A stretch of DNA of 64,000 bases from an uncultured cyanobacterium (GCA_963803805.1 CAWDOD010000003.1:192001-256000), one strand, 5' to 3'. Shown: positions 29,394 to 40,039, numbered from the stretch's first letter. The notes: generated by a model from the sequence alone, not told the origin. Made by a program: numbers and translations.

Positions 29394-32187
29394 TCGCTCT
29401 GAAGAATTACAGAAAGCAATCGAATATGCTGAACAACAGCTATCAATTGCAAGAGAACTTAAAAACAAACAGTCTGAAAATCAGGCACTTAACATGATTG
29501 GAAACTGTTTAAATTCTTTAGGAAAATATCAACAGGCAATTAGATATTTTGAGCAGCAATTAAACATTACAAAAGAACTTTTAGATCGTGAGTCAGAAGG
29601 AGGAGTACTAGGAAATATCGGATTTTCCTACAAAGGCCTTGGAGAACATCAACGCGCTATTAACTATTTTGAACAATGGTTAGTAATTAGTCGTGAGGTT
29701 AATAATCGTATTTGGGAATCTAATTCCCTATGCACTTTGGGGGATAGCTATACTACTCTTGGTCAATATCAGAATGCTGCTGAGTTTTACGAACAAAGAC
29801 TCCCAATAGTAAGAGAGTTAAATGACAAGGCTGGTGAAGCCTATACTCTAGGATGGTTAGGTGTCAATAAGTATTTTTTAGGGGAATATCAAAGCTCTAT
29901 TGAAGTTCGCTTACAATGGTTAGCTATAACTAGAGAACTTGGTAATCGAGTAGACGAAGGTAAGGCTTTGCAAAGTATAGCTGATGGCTACTTTAGCTTA
30001 AAGCAATATTCAAAGGCTGCTGAATTTTATCAACAGGCATTGGACATTAAGCGAGAAACACGAGAAACATCTGAAGAAAAAAGTATTTTAGAGTGGCTAG
30101 GGCGCAGCTATCAGTCTTCACAACAGTACCAACAGTCGATAGAAACTTTTGAAGCTTGGTTAAATCTATGTAAACAAACTGGAGATTCTGTTCAGGAAAT
30201 CAATGCTCTTGGTTACTTGGGTGAAAGTTACAGATTATTAGAGCAGTATAAGCAATCGATAAATTGTCATCAGCAACGTTTGTCAATAGCTCAAAATATT
30301 GATAATGTTCAGGCTCAATGTTTTGCTCTAATGAGTATTGGAATAGCTCAATTTTATTCTCAGAAGTACAAAAAAGCCATAACATATTTTGAATATCAAT
30401 TAAATCTTGCCAGAAAGATTAACAATAAAGAAAGAGAATGCAATGCTTTAGGATGGCTAGGAGCTTGTTTGTATAGGCAGAAGAATTATGTCAAAGCATT
30501 AGAATATCGTCAACTACAACTCAATATCGCTAAAGAGATAAACAATTTATCTGAAGAAGTTTATGCACTGAAAAGTATAGGAGAGTCTTATCAGTGTACT
30601 TACCAATACAAACTATCTGTTCACTACTATGAACTATGTTTACCAATTGTTAAAGAGCTAAAAGATGAGTTTCAAGAAGTAGATGTTTTGTTTAATCTAG
30701 CTCATGGCTATGATAAAACCAGCCATTTTCATGAGGCTATTGAACTTTACACCAAAGCTCTAAAAATCTATCAAAAACTTGGTAATTGCAGTGCAGAAAG
30801 TAGAATATTAAGAGGGCTAGGAAGTGTATATCTTTCCTTAAGTCAATTTGAAAAATCTATTGAAGCATATGAACAGGCACTAGATATTTGTAAATATTTA
30901 GATGATATATCTTCAAAAGCTTATTGTTTACAGTCTATTGGAAATGGACATAAACAACTAAAAAATTATGCTCAAGCGATAGAATTCTACGAACAAGCAT
31001 TAGCTATTTTCAAAAAACTTAAAGATCGCTCTGGAGAGGCATATACTTTATCTAACTTTGGTGAAGCTAATGCACAACTAGGGCAACAAACAATTAAACA
31101 GAAGTCAGTTCAAGAGAACTATATTCAATCAGGAGAAAATATTCAAGGTAGCGAAGAGGAAATAATAACTGCTGAACAAGTAGTCCTCAAAAATGTGACT
31201 GCTGATAGTGTTTTTATTGAGAAAATAAATCAAATTATTGAACAGATATTCATTAAATGTAATTACTCAATAAGTAGTAAAGAAGTTGAATCTCTACTAG
31301 AAAAAGTTATTAATAAAATTGCACCTAAAGCAACTCCAGAAGTAAGAAAGAGCCTTGCTATTCAGGTAATCAAGTTATCTTTAGAAGATGAAAAACTATC
31401 AATTTCATCAGAGCAAAGTTCTCTGATATTGACCAAGCTTAGTGAGATCAGTATACAAGACTTTCAATCTTTGCTCTCTTCTGACGAAGAATATAGAAAG
31501 CTAAGGAAGCGTCTTGGTTGGTTAATTGTTGAGGATCATTTAAATGGTCGTATAGTTGGTGTTGGTATTTTTGTAGTTGGAAGTGTTGGTTTTAGTGCTG
31601 GTGTTGGTATTACGTCAGCTTATTACAGAAAAATTATTGATGAACTAACCTCGGAAGATGAAGATAAACCGAATGGCTCTAAAAATCAAGAGCCAAAATC
31701 TCCAGATCATAATGAACCTGATCGCGAAGAAAGCGCTCGCTCTTCCAAAAAACGTGAAGAAGACCTTATTACCCTTATTAGAGAGTTCATAAAACTGAAA
31801 TATATGACGACTTCTCTTATGGATGAATCATATCAACCTATATCTCCAGAAAATTCATCTAATTCAGAAGAACTTCAAGGAAATACAGTAGCCAGAAGAT
31901 CCAGTAACTTCACTGAAGATTTACCTTTATCTGGCAATGGTGCTGGAAGCAATAGCTTTCCAGTACAAAATTCATTGCAATGGTTTGAAGATATTTTCAG
32001 TGGCGAACAAGGTGGAGGGTTTGTAGATATTGATTTTGGAGATATTGACTTAATACCAACCGCTACATTTGAAGCTATTACAGAGGAATTAGCTGCTGGA
32101 GTAATAGGCGGAATAGCTAATGGAGTTGCGGAAGGAATAGTTGGAGGTATTGCAGAAGGAATAGTTGGAGGTTTTTTTGAATTTTAG
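29383..32187 (+). CDS. Tetratricopeptide-repeat protein with C-terminal hydrophobic segment and glycine-zipper tail
   Basis: About 14 40-aa TPR-like repeats (G.Y..AI.Y.EQ.L.I.RE); ATG at 29383 overlaps the upstream gene end. Confidence 0.88.
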   Translation: MTVNRSEELQKAIEYAEQQLSIARELKNKQSENQALNMIGNCLNSLGKYQQAIRYFEQQLNITKELLDRESEGGVLGNIGFSYKGLGEHQRAINYFEQWLVISREVNNRIWESNSLCTLGDSYTTLGQYQNAAEFYEQRLPIVRELNDKAGEAYTLGWLGVNKYFLGEYQSSIEVRLQWLAITRELGNRVDEGKALQSIADGYFSLKQYSKAAEFYQQALDIKRETRETSEEKSILEWLGRSYQSSQQYQQSIETFEAWLNLCKQTGDSVQEINALGYLGESYRLLEQYKQSINCHQQRLSIAQNIDNVQAQCFALMSIGIAQFYSQKYKKAITYFEYQLNLARKINNKERECNALGWLGACLYRQKNYVKALEYRQLQLNIAKEINNLSEEVYALKSIGESYQCTYQYKLSVHYYELCLPIVKELKDEFQEVDVLFNLAHGYDKTSHFHEAIELYTKALKIYQKLGNCSAESRILRGLGSVYLSLSQFEKSIEAYEQALDICKYLDDISSKAYCLQSIGNGHKQLKNYAQAIEFYEQALAIFKKLKDRSGEAYTLSNFGEANAQLGQQTIKQKSVQENYIQSGENIQGSEEEIITAEQVVLKNVTADSVFIEKINQIIEQIFIKCNYSISSKEVESLLEKVINKIAPKATPEVRKSLAIQVIKLSLEDEKLSISSEQSSLILTKLSEISIQDFQSLLSSDEEYRKLRKRLGWLIVEDHLNGRIVGVGIFVVGSVGFSAGVGITSAYYRKIIDELTSEDEDKPNGSKNQEPKSPDHNEPDREESARSSKKREEDLITLIREFIKLKYMTTSLMDESYQPISPENSSNSEELQGNTVARRSSNFTEDLPLSGNGAGSNSFPVQNSLQWFEDIFSGEQGGGFVDIDFGDIDLIPTATFEAITEELAAGVIGGIANGVAEGIVGGIAEGIVGGFFEF

Positions 32188-32197
32188 GCTTTCATGA

Positions 32198-32291
32198 TAT
32201 AGCAGTAGCCAAGAAAGTTAGGACGTTCTCTGTTCCCTAATTCCTTTGAACTACAGTTTATGATGTCCTAAGCAGCCTGACTGTTGCTATA
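32198..32291. mobile_element. MITE-like element, second copy
   Basis: TATAGCAG...GTTAGGAC...TGTCCTAA...TTGCTATA, 94 bp. Confidence 0.7.
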
Positions 32292-32506
32292 TTTAAACGA
32301 CTGAGTTATTAGACTTTATCGGTTTTAAGAAAAAAAATGCTTGAAATTCCTACTGTACAGGAGTTTTAGATGTTTGCGACAAGCAAATGCTATAACCTTT
32401 ACTCAGTAAGCCATTCAGCGAATTTTTCCCGCTATTTCCGATTAAGTCTATTAACTTAGTGAAATGAGCCGTACAATCTTTTGGTGTTACCTACTGTCCA
32501 CCCTAC

Positions 32507-33646
32507 TCACTTATAACGAGGGAAATCAGGTAATTCTATAGCAGCGAAAGACTTACGTTTCTTATGGGGACGTAGAGGATAAAGTATGGGGGAGGGCCAA
32601 CTTGAGGAATTAAATAAAGCCTCTTCCTCCTCTTCCTCCTTATTTGTTAGATTCTCCTCATCTTGTTGAACAACAGCTTCAGGAAGAACTTCAATTTCTA
32701 TATTCTTTATCCCGGCTTCTGAACTCAAGACTAATTCTGGTTGCCAGTTAGAAGTTTCTTCTTCTGTTTGTGGGGCTTCTTGTGATTCTGAAAGAGGATT
32801 GAAAGCCACCACTTTGGGGTTATTATCAGATTTTTCCGGTTGTTCAGTTTGCTCAAAATCTTTTAACCATTCTGAAGTAGGAGCGCTGTCTTTGTCTAGT
32901 TGAGCAGACCAAGGTTGAATAGGAGGGGCTTTAGGAAAGAAGGTTTCTTCTTGGTTTTCCTTGGGAATTTGGGTTGGTGTCAGTTCAATTTCAGCACTTT
33001 TTGGTAAAGAACTATTAGGAACATCTAGACACTTATCTAAAGCAGCTTTAAATTGAATAGCGCGGCGTTGTTGTCTTTGGAGGCGAGAACGTAGCTCTTG
33101 GTTTTGTTGTTCTTGTTGCAGAAGTTGTTTAGCTTTTTGTTGATAGTGCTTCTGAAGGGAAGTATATTCTTGCTCTAATTGATTGATACGTTCTTGAGCG
33201 CTTTCTAATTGTTGAGATAGAGTTTCTATTAAGATTTGTTGACGTTGAGCAGTTTGATGGGAAGATTCTAACTCATGAAATAAACGGGTTAGCTGCTCTT
33301 GGGTAGCACTAAATTCCTCAGCTTGTTGAGCTAAAAGGTTGTCATTTCCCCTGGCTCGCATTTCCTGGGCTTGTAGAGTCTCCTGGGACTCTGCTAAGGC
33401 TCTTTCCAATGTGGCTACTTTCTTGATTAATACGCGGTTGCGCTGTCGTAGTTTGCTACTTAAGGCAAAGTTTTCTTCTTCGCTAATAGCGCTACTCTCA
33501 GTAAAGTCTATCACTAAGTCAGTTTCTTCAGAAGAAACAGGTTCGCCTTCTTTTTGTGCTTCAGTAGATGGCGGAAGATTTTCACCCTCTGGGAGAGGCT
33601 GAAGGGATTCTTGGGGGGAATTGTTAGGGAGATCGGCTTCACTCAT
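32507..33646 (-). CDS. Coiled-coil hypothetical protein
   Basis: Q/E-rich heptads, QFKAALDKCL, WPSPILYP and IELPDF motifs. Confidence 0.8.
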   Translation of the reverse strand: MSEADLPNNSPQESLQPLPEGENLPPSTEAQKEGEPVSSEETDLVIDFTESSAISEEENFALSSKLRQRNRVLIKKVATLERALAESQETLQAQEMRARGNDNLLAQQAEEFSATQEQLTRLFHELESSHQTAQRQQILIETLSQQLESAQERINQLEQEYTSLQKHYQQKAKQLLQQEQQNQELRSRLQRQQRRAIQFKAALDKCLDVPNSSLPKSAEIELTPTQIPKENQEETFFPKAPPIQPWSAQLDKDSAPTSEWLKDFEQTEQPEKSDNNPKVVAFNPLSESQEAPQTEEETSNWQPELVLSSEAGIKNIEIEVLPEAVVQQDEENLTNKEEEEEEALFNSSSWPSPILYPLRPHKKRKSFAAIELPDFPRYK

Positions 33647-33776
33647 AGCTATTTTAGGGCTGGAGGTGAGAAACCCTCACCATTAGATTCTTCTATTTGT
33701 ACCATTAGCCATTGCCCAATGATAAGATCCTTAGATACATAATTCCAGGTTGGAGAGGATTTTTTTCAACGATTAA

Positions 33777-33840
33777 CGTAGGGGCAACCAGTTTTCCAAG
33801 TATAATAGACAAACCAGAGTTGAAATTGGGTCGCCCTACA
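33777..33840. repeat. REP-like palindromic element
   Basis: cGTAGGGGCAACC...GGGTCGCCCTACa; interior resembles the 53-bp array unit. Confidence 0.65.
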
Positions 33841-33869
33841 TATTGTTGTCTGTTTATCTATGGATTAAG

Positions 33870-34919
33870 CTAATCACCCATCGCTGTTAGTAAAACCTCT
33901 TGGTGCATTAAAGCGCGATCTACTAAAGATTGGATTTGAGCTTTGTTAAGAGCTTCACCGTTAGCATATTGCTCAATCCATGTCTGACTAATCAGTGTAG
34001 GATCTTCTGGCATTTCTGCCAATTCCCAACCCGGTAGATTTAATTGTTTCATTAAAAGGCTAACCTTGGGGTCGTAGCTGATAGCAAAGCAACGGCACTC
34101 CTCGGCTGCTCCCATAATCAGGCTGTGGTAGCGCATACCAATAACCATTTCTACTCCTTGGAAAACACTTTTTAGCTGTCTAGGATCTGGGAGGGAAATA
34201 ATTTTATGAGGCCCTTGCAGTTGCTTGGCGATTGATTGAGCGATCGCCCTATCTTGGGAAGCTTGAAAGGGAACTAGCAAAATACAGGTATTGGTAGCTG
34301 CTTGGAATTGTTGTAGCCCTTGGGTTAAGTTAGCGAGGCGTTGGGAAGTTAGTTGCGGATGGGGACGAAAGGTCACAGCAACTTTAGGGGCTGGTAAATC
34401 CCAAATTCCTGATACAGGTTGTCCTTGTAAAGCCCATACAGGGTCAGGAGCAATAGTACATCGAATTTGCCAGTCTTTCATTAACTGAGCAGAAGCGCCA
34501 TCTCTGACACTCACAGCAAAGCAATTTTCTAGAACTCGTCGCGTTACAGAACGGGTGAAATTATGATTCAGAGGCCCGATTCCTTGCGCCCAGGCAATGG
34601 TTTTCAAGCCTAATTGTTGCGCTAGAGCCATCAAACCACCATAGTAAAGGGGACTGATGCGGCTAGTTACGTCTTGCATTAAACTACCGCCACCCCAAAT
34701 AAAGAAATCTGAAGTTTGTAAAGCTTTCAACACAGCGAAAGCGGACTGGCGATCACAACTTTCCACTCCATAGCGCTTTTGCGTTTCTACAGGATTTCCT
34801 GAAAGTACTAGAGGTTTTATTTGTTGGGGTAACATTTGTAGCAACGATACCAATAAGGCTTCGTCTCCGCCGTTACCTTTGCCATAATATCCACAAATGA
34901 CTGCTCTAGTTTGGCTCAT
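33870..34919 (-). CDS. csaB: Polysaccharide pyruvyl transferase
   Basis: GYYGKGNGGDEA, GGGSLMQDVTS, AQGIGP, SVRD, GMRYH, SYDPKV. Confidence 0.92.
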   Translation of the reverse strand: MSQTRAVICGYYGKGNGGDEALLVSLLQMLPQQIKPLVLSGNPVETQKRYGVESCDRQSAFAVLKALQTSDFFIWGGGSLMQDVTSRISPLYYGGLMALAQQLGLKTIAWAQGIGPLNHNFTRSVTRRVLENCFAVSVRDGASAQLMKDWQIRCTIAPDPVWALQGQPVSGIWDLPAPKVAVTFRPHPQLTSQRLANLTQGLQQFQAATNTCILLVPFQASQDRAIAQSIAKQLQGPHKIISLPDPRQLKSVFQGVEMVIGMRYHSLIMGAAEECRCFAISYDPKVSLLMKQLNLPGWELAEMPEDPTLISQTWIEQYANGEALNKAQIQSLVDRALMHQEVLLTAMGD

Positions 34920-35016
34920 TACGCTTAAGTAAATATATGTATACCATTAAATTTAAGGGAGTGGGAAGTACAGAGTAAACATGATGAGGTGAGAATAATT
35001 AGCTATTAGTAATTAA

Positions 35017-35994
35017 ATGAATTACTGTCTCAATCCTAAATGCAAACTACCTCACGATCCTCTGAATAGGGATAATAAATTCTGTCGCCATTGCGGTTCT
35101 TTGTTGCTACTTCAAGCGGGATACAAAGTGATTAAACCTCTCAACAAGGGAGGTTTTGGGAGAACTTTTGAAATCACTAATGGGATAGAGAATAAGGTGC
35201 TTAAGGTTTTGCTTAAAAACAAAACTAAGTTAGTTGCTCTTTTCAGAAGAGAAGCTGAAGTTTTAAGTACTTTATGCCATCCTGGTATTCCTCAAGTAGA
35301 AAAAGATAGCTACTTTGTGGTGTTTCCTAAAAATAGTGATAAGCCTTTGCATTGTTTGATTATGGAAAAAATTGAGGGAGTTAATTTACAACAATGGCTA
35401 AGGCAAAGGAATAACCAACCTATTACCCAGGAGTTAGCGATTAATTGGTTAAATCAGTTACTAGATATTCTTGAGCAAATACATCAACAACGATATTTTC
35501 ACCGCGATATCAAGCCTTCTAATATTATGTTACGCCTTAACGGTCAACTAGTTTTAATTGACTTTGGTGGAGTGAGGAAAATAACTGATACTTACGTTCA
35601 TAAATTAGCAGCAGATAAAATTACTGGCTTTGTTTCCCATGGTTATACTCCAGCAGAACAAATTGCAGGCAGGGCTGTTCCTCAGTCTGATTTTTTTGCT
35701 TTAGGGCGTAGTTTCGTTTATTTGTTAACAGGGCGATATCCCCTCGATTTTCCTGTTGAGACAGAATCAGGAAGGTTGATTTGGCGTGATCATGCTCCTC
35801 AAATTACTCCTTTAATGGGAGGGTTGATTAATTATCTTATCTCTCCTTTCCCAGAAAAAAGACCACAAAATATTCAAGAAATTAGGCAGTGTTTGTCAGA
35901 AATCGAGCCGGCAGTTAAAGCAAAATTCTACGATCACTCTACTAATTCTTATTCTGGTATTCCTACAATGCCAGCAACAAACATTGACGATTAA
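35017..35994 (+). CDS. Ser/Thr protein kinase with 4-Cys prefix
   Basis: YCLNPKC...FCRHCG; GGFGRT, HRDIKPSN, DFG. Confidence 0.93.
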   Translation: MNYCLNPKCKLPHDPLNRDNKFCRHCGSLLLLQAGYKVIKPLNKGGFGRTFEITNGIENKVLKVLLKNKTKLVALFRREAEVLSTLCHPGIPQVEKDSYFVVFPKNSDKPLHCLIMEKIEGVNLQQWLRQRNNQPITQELAINWLNQLLDILEQIHQQRYFHRDIKPSNIMLRLNGQLVLIDFGGVRKITDTYVHKLAADKITGFVSHGYTPAEQIAGRAVPQSDFFALGRSFVYLLTGRYPLDFPVETESGRLIWRDHAPQITPLMGGLINYLISPFPEKRPQNIQEIRQCLSEIEPAVKAKFYDHSTNSYSGIPTMPATNIDD

Positions 35995-36004
35995 AGAAGC
36001 ATTA

Positions 36005-36640
36005 ATGACTCGAAAAGTAATCATATTTGATTTCGATGGCACAATTGCTGATACTCAAGAAGCTTTTATTAGTATTTTAAATCGTCTATCCCCAGAGTTT
36101 GGTTATCAACCTGCTACTCCCACAGAAGTCTTGCAATGGAGGCACTTAAGTTCTAGGGAAATAATTAGGCGATCACAAGTTCCTTTGATGAAAATACCTT
36201 TTCTTTTAAGGAAGGCAAAAGTTGAGTTGGGCAAGGAGATAGCTACGATTTCTCCGATTGTAGGAATGCCAGAAACGTTGTTAGAACTACAAAACCAAGG
36301 CCATTGTTTAGGTATGGTTACATCTAATGTTCAAGAAAATGTAGTTAGTTTTTTAGCTGAAAATTCCTGTCAAAAGATGTTTGAGTTTATTTACCACGGT
36401 ACAAGTTTATTTGGTAAGCATAAAATACTTAATCGAGTTATTCGTAATCGCAACTTTTCCCTTAATAATGTTTTTTATGTGGGTGACGAAACCAGAGATA
36501 TTCAAGCAGCGAAAAAAAGTGGTATCAAAATGATCGCTGTGAGTTGGGGTTTCAATTCCCAAGAAATACTCTCAACCTACTCTCCAGATTTCTTAATTAA
36601 TCATCCCCGTGAGTTAGTAACAATATTGAGCGATCAGTAA
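36005..36640 (+). CDS. HAD-superfamily hydrolase
   Basis: FDFDGT, TSN and YVGDETRD motifs. Confidence 0.92.
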   Translation: MTRKVIIFDFDGTIADTQEAFISILNRLSPEFGYQPATPTEVLQWRHLSSREIIRRSQVPLMKIPFLLRKAKVELGKEIATISPIVGMPETLLELQNQGHCLGMVTSNVQENVVSFLAENSCQKMFEFIYHGTSLFGKHKILNRVIRNRNFSLNNVFYVGDETRDIQAAKKSGIKMIAVSWGFNSQEILSTYSPDFLINHPRELVTILSDQ

Positions 36641-36654
36641 TAAGTGCCTATTAT

Positions 36655-37350
36655 CTAACCATCAGCTTTTTCTTGAATAACTTGATAACATTCATCAAGA
36701 GAAGCTCTTCTCGTCATCGCTTCAACTAAAACTTCGTAGGAAGAATTATATTTTTGTAGCAGATTTTGAGCTTGTAGGCTAGCCCATTGTTGTTTTTTGG
36801 GAAACTCCCTTGCTGGGAAACCTAATGCAACTAACGCTTCTTGGATTTTTTGCTTATCTTCTTCCCCTCCTTCGGCATTACCATAAACTAATTTTTCTGC
36901 GGCAATTCCTGCCATCCAAACAGTACAAAAGCGTTCTAATAATAAAGGAACTTCTTGGGTAGGAAGTTTTTTGCTAAGTAGCTTATCTGTGTCAAACTCA
37001 ACTCCTCCTAAACCTGGTTGCCCAGTTTGTAAAGCTTCCCAGGGGGTAAGGGTATAACCAAGGATGGGAATACCTAAAAAGTAAGCAGCGAGAAAATGCC
37101 CTGCTTCATGGTGAATGATTCTTTGGCGATGCTGAGGGGAAAAGGAGGCTAACCAGTCGAGAAGTAAGGTAGAGCCTTTTCCCTGTAAACTGAGGGTATC
37201 AAGGGTTCCTAAACCTAAAACAATAGCTGTGATCAAAGCTGGTACAGCAGGGGAGATTTTAAATAATGGCCCCAATAAAGAAAACATGGTGATGACAAAG
37301 ATGCCGATGGCAATGGTATTTAAAGCAGTTTGCTGCATATTGTTAAACAT
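36655..37350 (-). CDS. M41-like zinc protease (no ATPase domain)
   Basis: Two TMs, HHEAGH, MAGIAAE. Confidence 0.85.
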   Translation of the reverse strand: MFNNMQQTALNTIAIGIFVITMFSLLGPLFKISPAVPALITAIVLGLGTLDTLSLQGKGSTLLLDWLASFSPQHRQRIIHHEAGHFLAAYFLGIPILGYTLTPWEALQTGQPGLGGVEFDTDKLLSKKLPTQEVPLLLERFCTVWMAGIAAEKLVYGNAEGGEEDKQKIQEALVALGFPAREFPKKQQWASLQAQNLLQKYNSSYEVLVEAMTRRASLDECYQVIQEKADG

Positions 37351-37390
37351 TTATCATTTATCATTTCAGATAATCATTACCTTTATTCCC

Positions 37391-38356
37391 CTAACTCAAT
37401 AACTCCTCAGCTATTTGTTTTAAGACTTCTTTAGGGGGACGAGGTTGCCAAGCTAATTCTTGTTGGGCTTTGCTGCTATCTACCCTGACGCACCGATCAT
37501 AAACGTAGTGGAGACGTTCTTTACTTAAAGGAGGATTAAATTTGAACCATTTTCCCAAAGGATCGAGTAAGTTTCCTGCTAATCTGGCTAGGGGTTGGGG
37601 AACTTCTTTGGGGAGGGGAATACCTGTTTTTTGGCTGAGGAGGGCGAACATTTCTTGAGTTGGTAATTCTCCGGCGGAGATAATGTAATGCTCTCCTGGT
37701 GGGGCTTTCTCTTCAGCTAGTAACATCGCTTCAACTAGATCATCTACATGAACTATACCTGTGAGGCGATCGCCTCCTACCCATAGTTTTAGTTTATTAG
37801 CCAGAAAAAGTTTTAAAATCGGACCAAAATGAGGATCATCAACACCGAAGATCCCCGAAGGCATTAAACTAACTACAGGTAATCCTGACTGGGCATATTG
37901 ATCTACTAATTTTTGAGCTTGATATTTGCTGCTGTCATAAGCCGAAGAGAAGTCTTTTTGTTGACGTTGGTAGGTTTCGTTGACTATTTTCCCTTGGCTA
38001 TCTCCGTAGATGCCGATAGTACTGCAATAAATCAGCTTTTTAATACCTACTGCGTGGGCAGTTTCTAGGATGCTGCGAGTGCCTTCAACATTAACTCTAA
38101 ACATTTCTGCGGCGTTAACTATACCCAAGTCTACATAGGCAGCAACATGAAAGACAGTCTCAACACCAGTCATGGCTTGTTCTAAGGCATCTTGGTTAGT
38201 TATGTCGCCATAAACCAGTTTGAGATTATTCTTTGCCAAACGTTCTACATTACTCGAATGCCTTACTAAACCAATAACTTGATCTCCTCTTCGTTCCAAA
38301 GCTTGAACTAAATGAGAACCTGTGAAGCCATTTGCCCCTGTAACTAATGCTTTCAT
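37391..38356 (-). CDS. NAD-dependent epimerase/dehydratase
   Basis: VTGANGFTG and YDSSK motifs. Confidence 0.92.
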   Translation of the reverse strand: MKALVTGANGFTGSHLVQALERRGDQVIGLVRHSSNVERLAKNNLKLVYGDITNQDALEQAMTGVETVFHVAAYVDLGIVNAAEMFRVNVEGTRSILETAHAVGIKKLIYCSTIGIYGDSQGKIVNETYQRQQKDFSSAYDSSKYQAQKLVDQYAQSGLPVVSLMPSGIFGVDDPHFGPILKLFLANKLKLWVGGDRLTGIVHVDDLVEAMLLAEEKAPPGEHYIISAGELPTQEMFALLSQKTGIPLPKEVPQPLARLAGNLLDPLGKWFKFNPPLSKERLHYVYDRCVRVDSSKAQQELAWQPRPPKEVLKQIAEELLS

Positions 38357-38751
38357 GATCTTTTCGTATACCAATAAGCCCAAGCAATTAGGACAAATTG
38401 TAAAGGTAATCTAATGACATGAAACCAAGGAGAATCTGATACTTCTCCAAGGCTAATATTATTAATTGCCATATTAATGTTAGCAGGGTATACCGCAATT
38501 AATAATACGACTAAACTCCAAGCTGCACCGCGACTTAGAGAAGGTATTAATAAGCCAATACCAGCGAGAATTTCCCAGATGCCAGTGAAATAGACTAATG
38601 CCAAAGGAAAGGGTAAGATTTCTGGCACAATTTTCACAAAAGGTTCAGGAATTAGGAAATGAAGTACTCCCGGAATGATTATACAAATAGCGAGAATAAC
38701 CCGCAGTATTTCTTTGCTTTTTTGCCAAGGAAAGATTGATTTCTTTTTCAT
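38353..38751 (-). CDS. DoxX-family membrane protein
   Basis: GVLHF...TGIWEILAGIGL...AVYPANI...RLPLQ. Confidence 0.85.
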   Translation of the reverse strand: MKKKSIFPWQKSKEILRVILAICIIIPGVLHFLIPEPFVKIVPEILPFPLALVYFTGIWEILAGIGLLIPSLSRGAAWSLVVLLIAVYPANINMAINNISLGEVSDSPWFHVIRLPLQFVLIAWAYWYTKRS

Positions 38752-38757
38752 ATTTTT

Positions 38758-39816
38758 TTACTCATTTTGATAGTATTCATGGGACAAAAAAGGTAGATCA
38801 ACTATCTCTCCTAGCACATTACCAATTTGCACCTTCAAACCAGCCCCCCCAGCCTTAGTACGAATATAAGCGAGGCTAAAAGCACCTTGTTCAGTTATAG
38901 TCGAACTAGTTATTTTGCCGACTTTTTTCCCTGCTACCATAACTTCACTTCCCGGTTCTACCAGTGCAGTTGACTTCACTCCCCACAGCCTTTGCTTAAC
39001 ACCTTGATAAGTATTTAATCTAGCAATAGTTTCTTGGCCAATGTAACAACCTTTATTAAAGGAAATATTTTGCCAAAGTCCTGTTTCTAAAGGATTATAA
39101 TCTTCCGTTAATTCTTGTCCAGGAACTGGTCTACCTTGGAGAATACGCAGTTGTTCCCAAACGCAGTTCCCTAGAGGAGTTACACCTTTATTTATTAGTT
39201 GCTTCCACAAATTTGCTGCTTCTTGAATCGGTACAATTAAGGTATAACCAGGAATTTTCAAACCTGTACCTAAACAAAAACGTAGTTTGGTATTTTGAAT
39301 ATCTATTAATTGGTGGGAAAATTCTCCCCCGTCCCCCAGTTTTCCTACACCCAACTCTTGAATAACCTGATCACTTTGAGGCCCAATCAACGTAAAAAGT
39401 CTATATTCTTCGGAAATATCTGTTAGTTCTACTTTATCCATCGGAAAAAGGAAACGGTCTAACCATTTCATCATTTCTTCCCGTTTTTGAGGAGAAATTA
39501 ATAACAATAGGCTATCTTCTGTGACATAAACTGTAACTAAATCTATGTTGCGTCCAGTAGAAGTAACAAAAACTGTCTCACAACCTTGTCCTGGCTTTAG
39601 TTGATTAATTTCATTAGTACTTTGATTATGAATAAATCGTAAGCGTTCTTGATCACAAACTTTAATCAATCCCCAATGGGATCTATCCCATAAAGCAACT
39701 TCTTTTTGTGCCGCTTTTAAAGCTTTGCTGTCGTTACCAAAGCTATCAGGAACAGAAGGGTAAGAAATAAAGGTTGCCCCTGCTTGTTTTTGAATTTCTA
39801 GTAGTTCTTTAGTCAT
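38758..39816 (-). CDS. ygfZ: Folate-binding protein YgfZ
   Basis: KGCYIGQE signature in a GcvT-like fold. Confidence 0.93.
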   Translation of the reverse strand: MTKELLEIQKQAGATFISYPSVPDSFGNDSKALKAAQKEVALWDRSHWGLIKVCDQERLRFIHNQSTNEINQLKPGQGCETVFVTSTGRNIDLVTVYVTEDSLLLLISPQKREEMMKWLDRFLFPMDKVELTDISEEYRLFTLIGPQSDQVIQELGVGKLGDGGEFSHQLIDIQNTKLRFCLGTGLKIPGYTLIVPIQEAANLWKQLINKGVTPLGNCVWEQLRILQGRPVPGQELTEDYNPLETGLWQNISFNKGCYIGQETIARLNTYQGVKQRLWGVKSTALVEPGSEVMVAGKKVGKITSSTITEQGAFSLAYIRTKAGGAGLKVQIGNVLGEIVDLPFLSHEYYQNE

Positions 39817-40039
39817 TTCAACTTCTTTTGGCTTTTACAAATACAATTAAAGTATGTGTTAAATGCTACTTTTGAATTTTTAATTAACGCTGCTCCCTTC
39901 ACCAATTTGCTAAGCTAAAAGTAATGTGGTAACAGTCCTAAGCAATTTCTGTCTAGTAATCTTAAAGAGATTGGCAGGACAAAAGAATTAAAGTACTATC
40001 AATTTTCAGGTAGTTATTGAATTAACTGAGGCGAACCTT

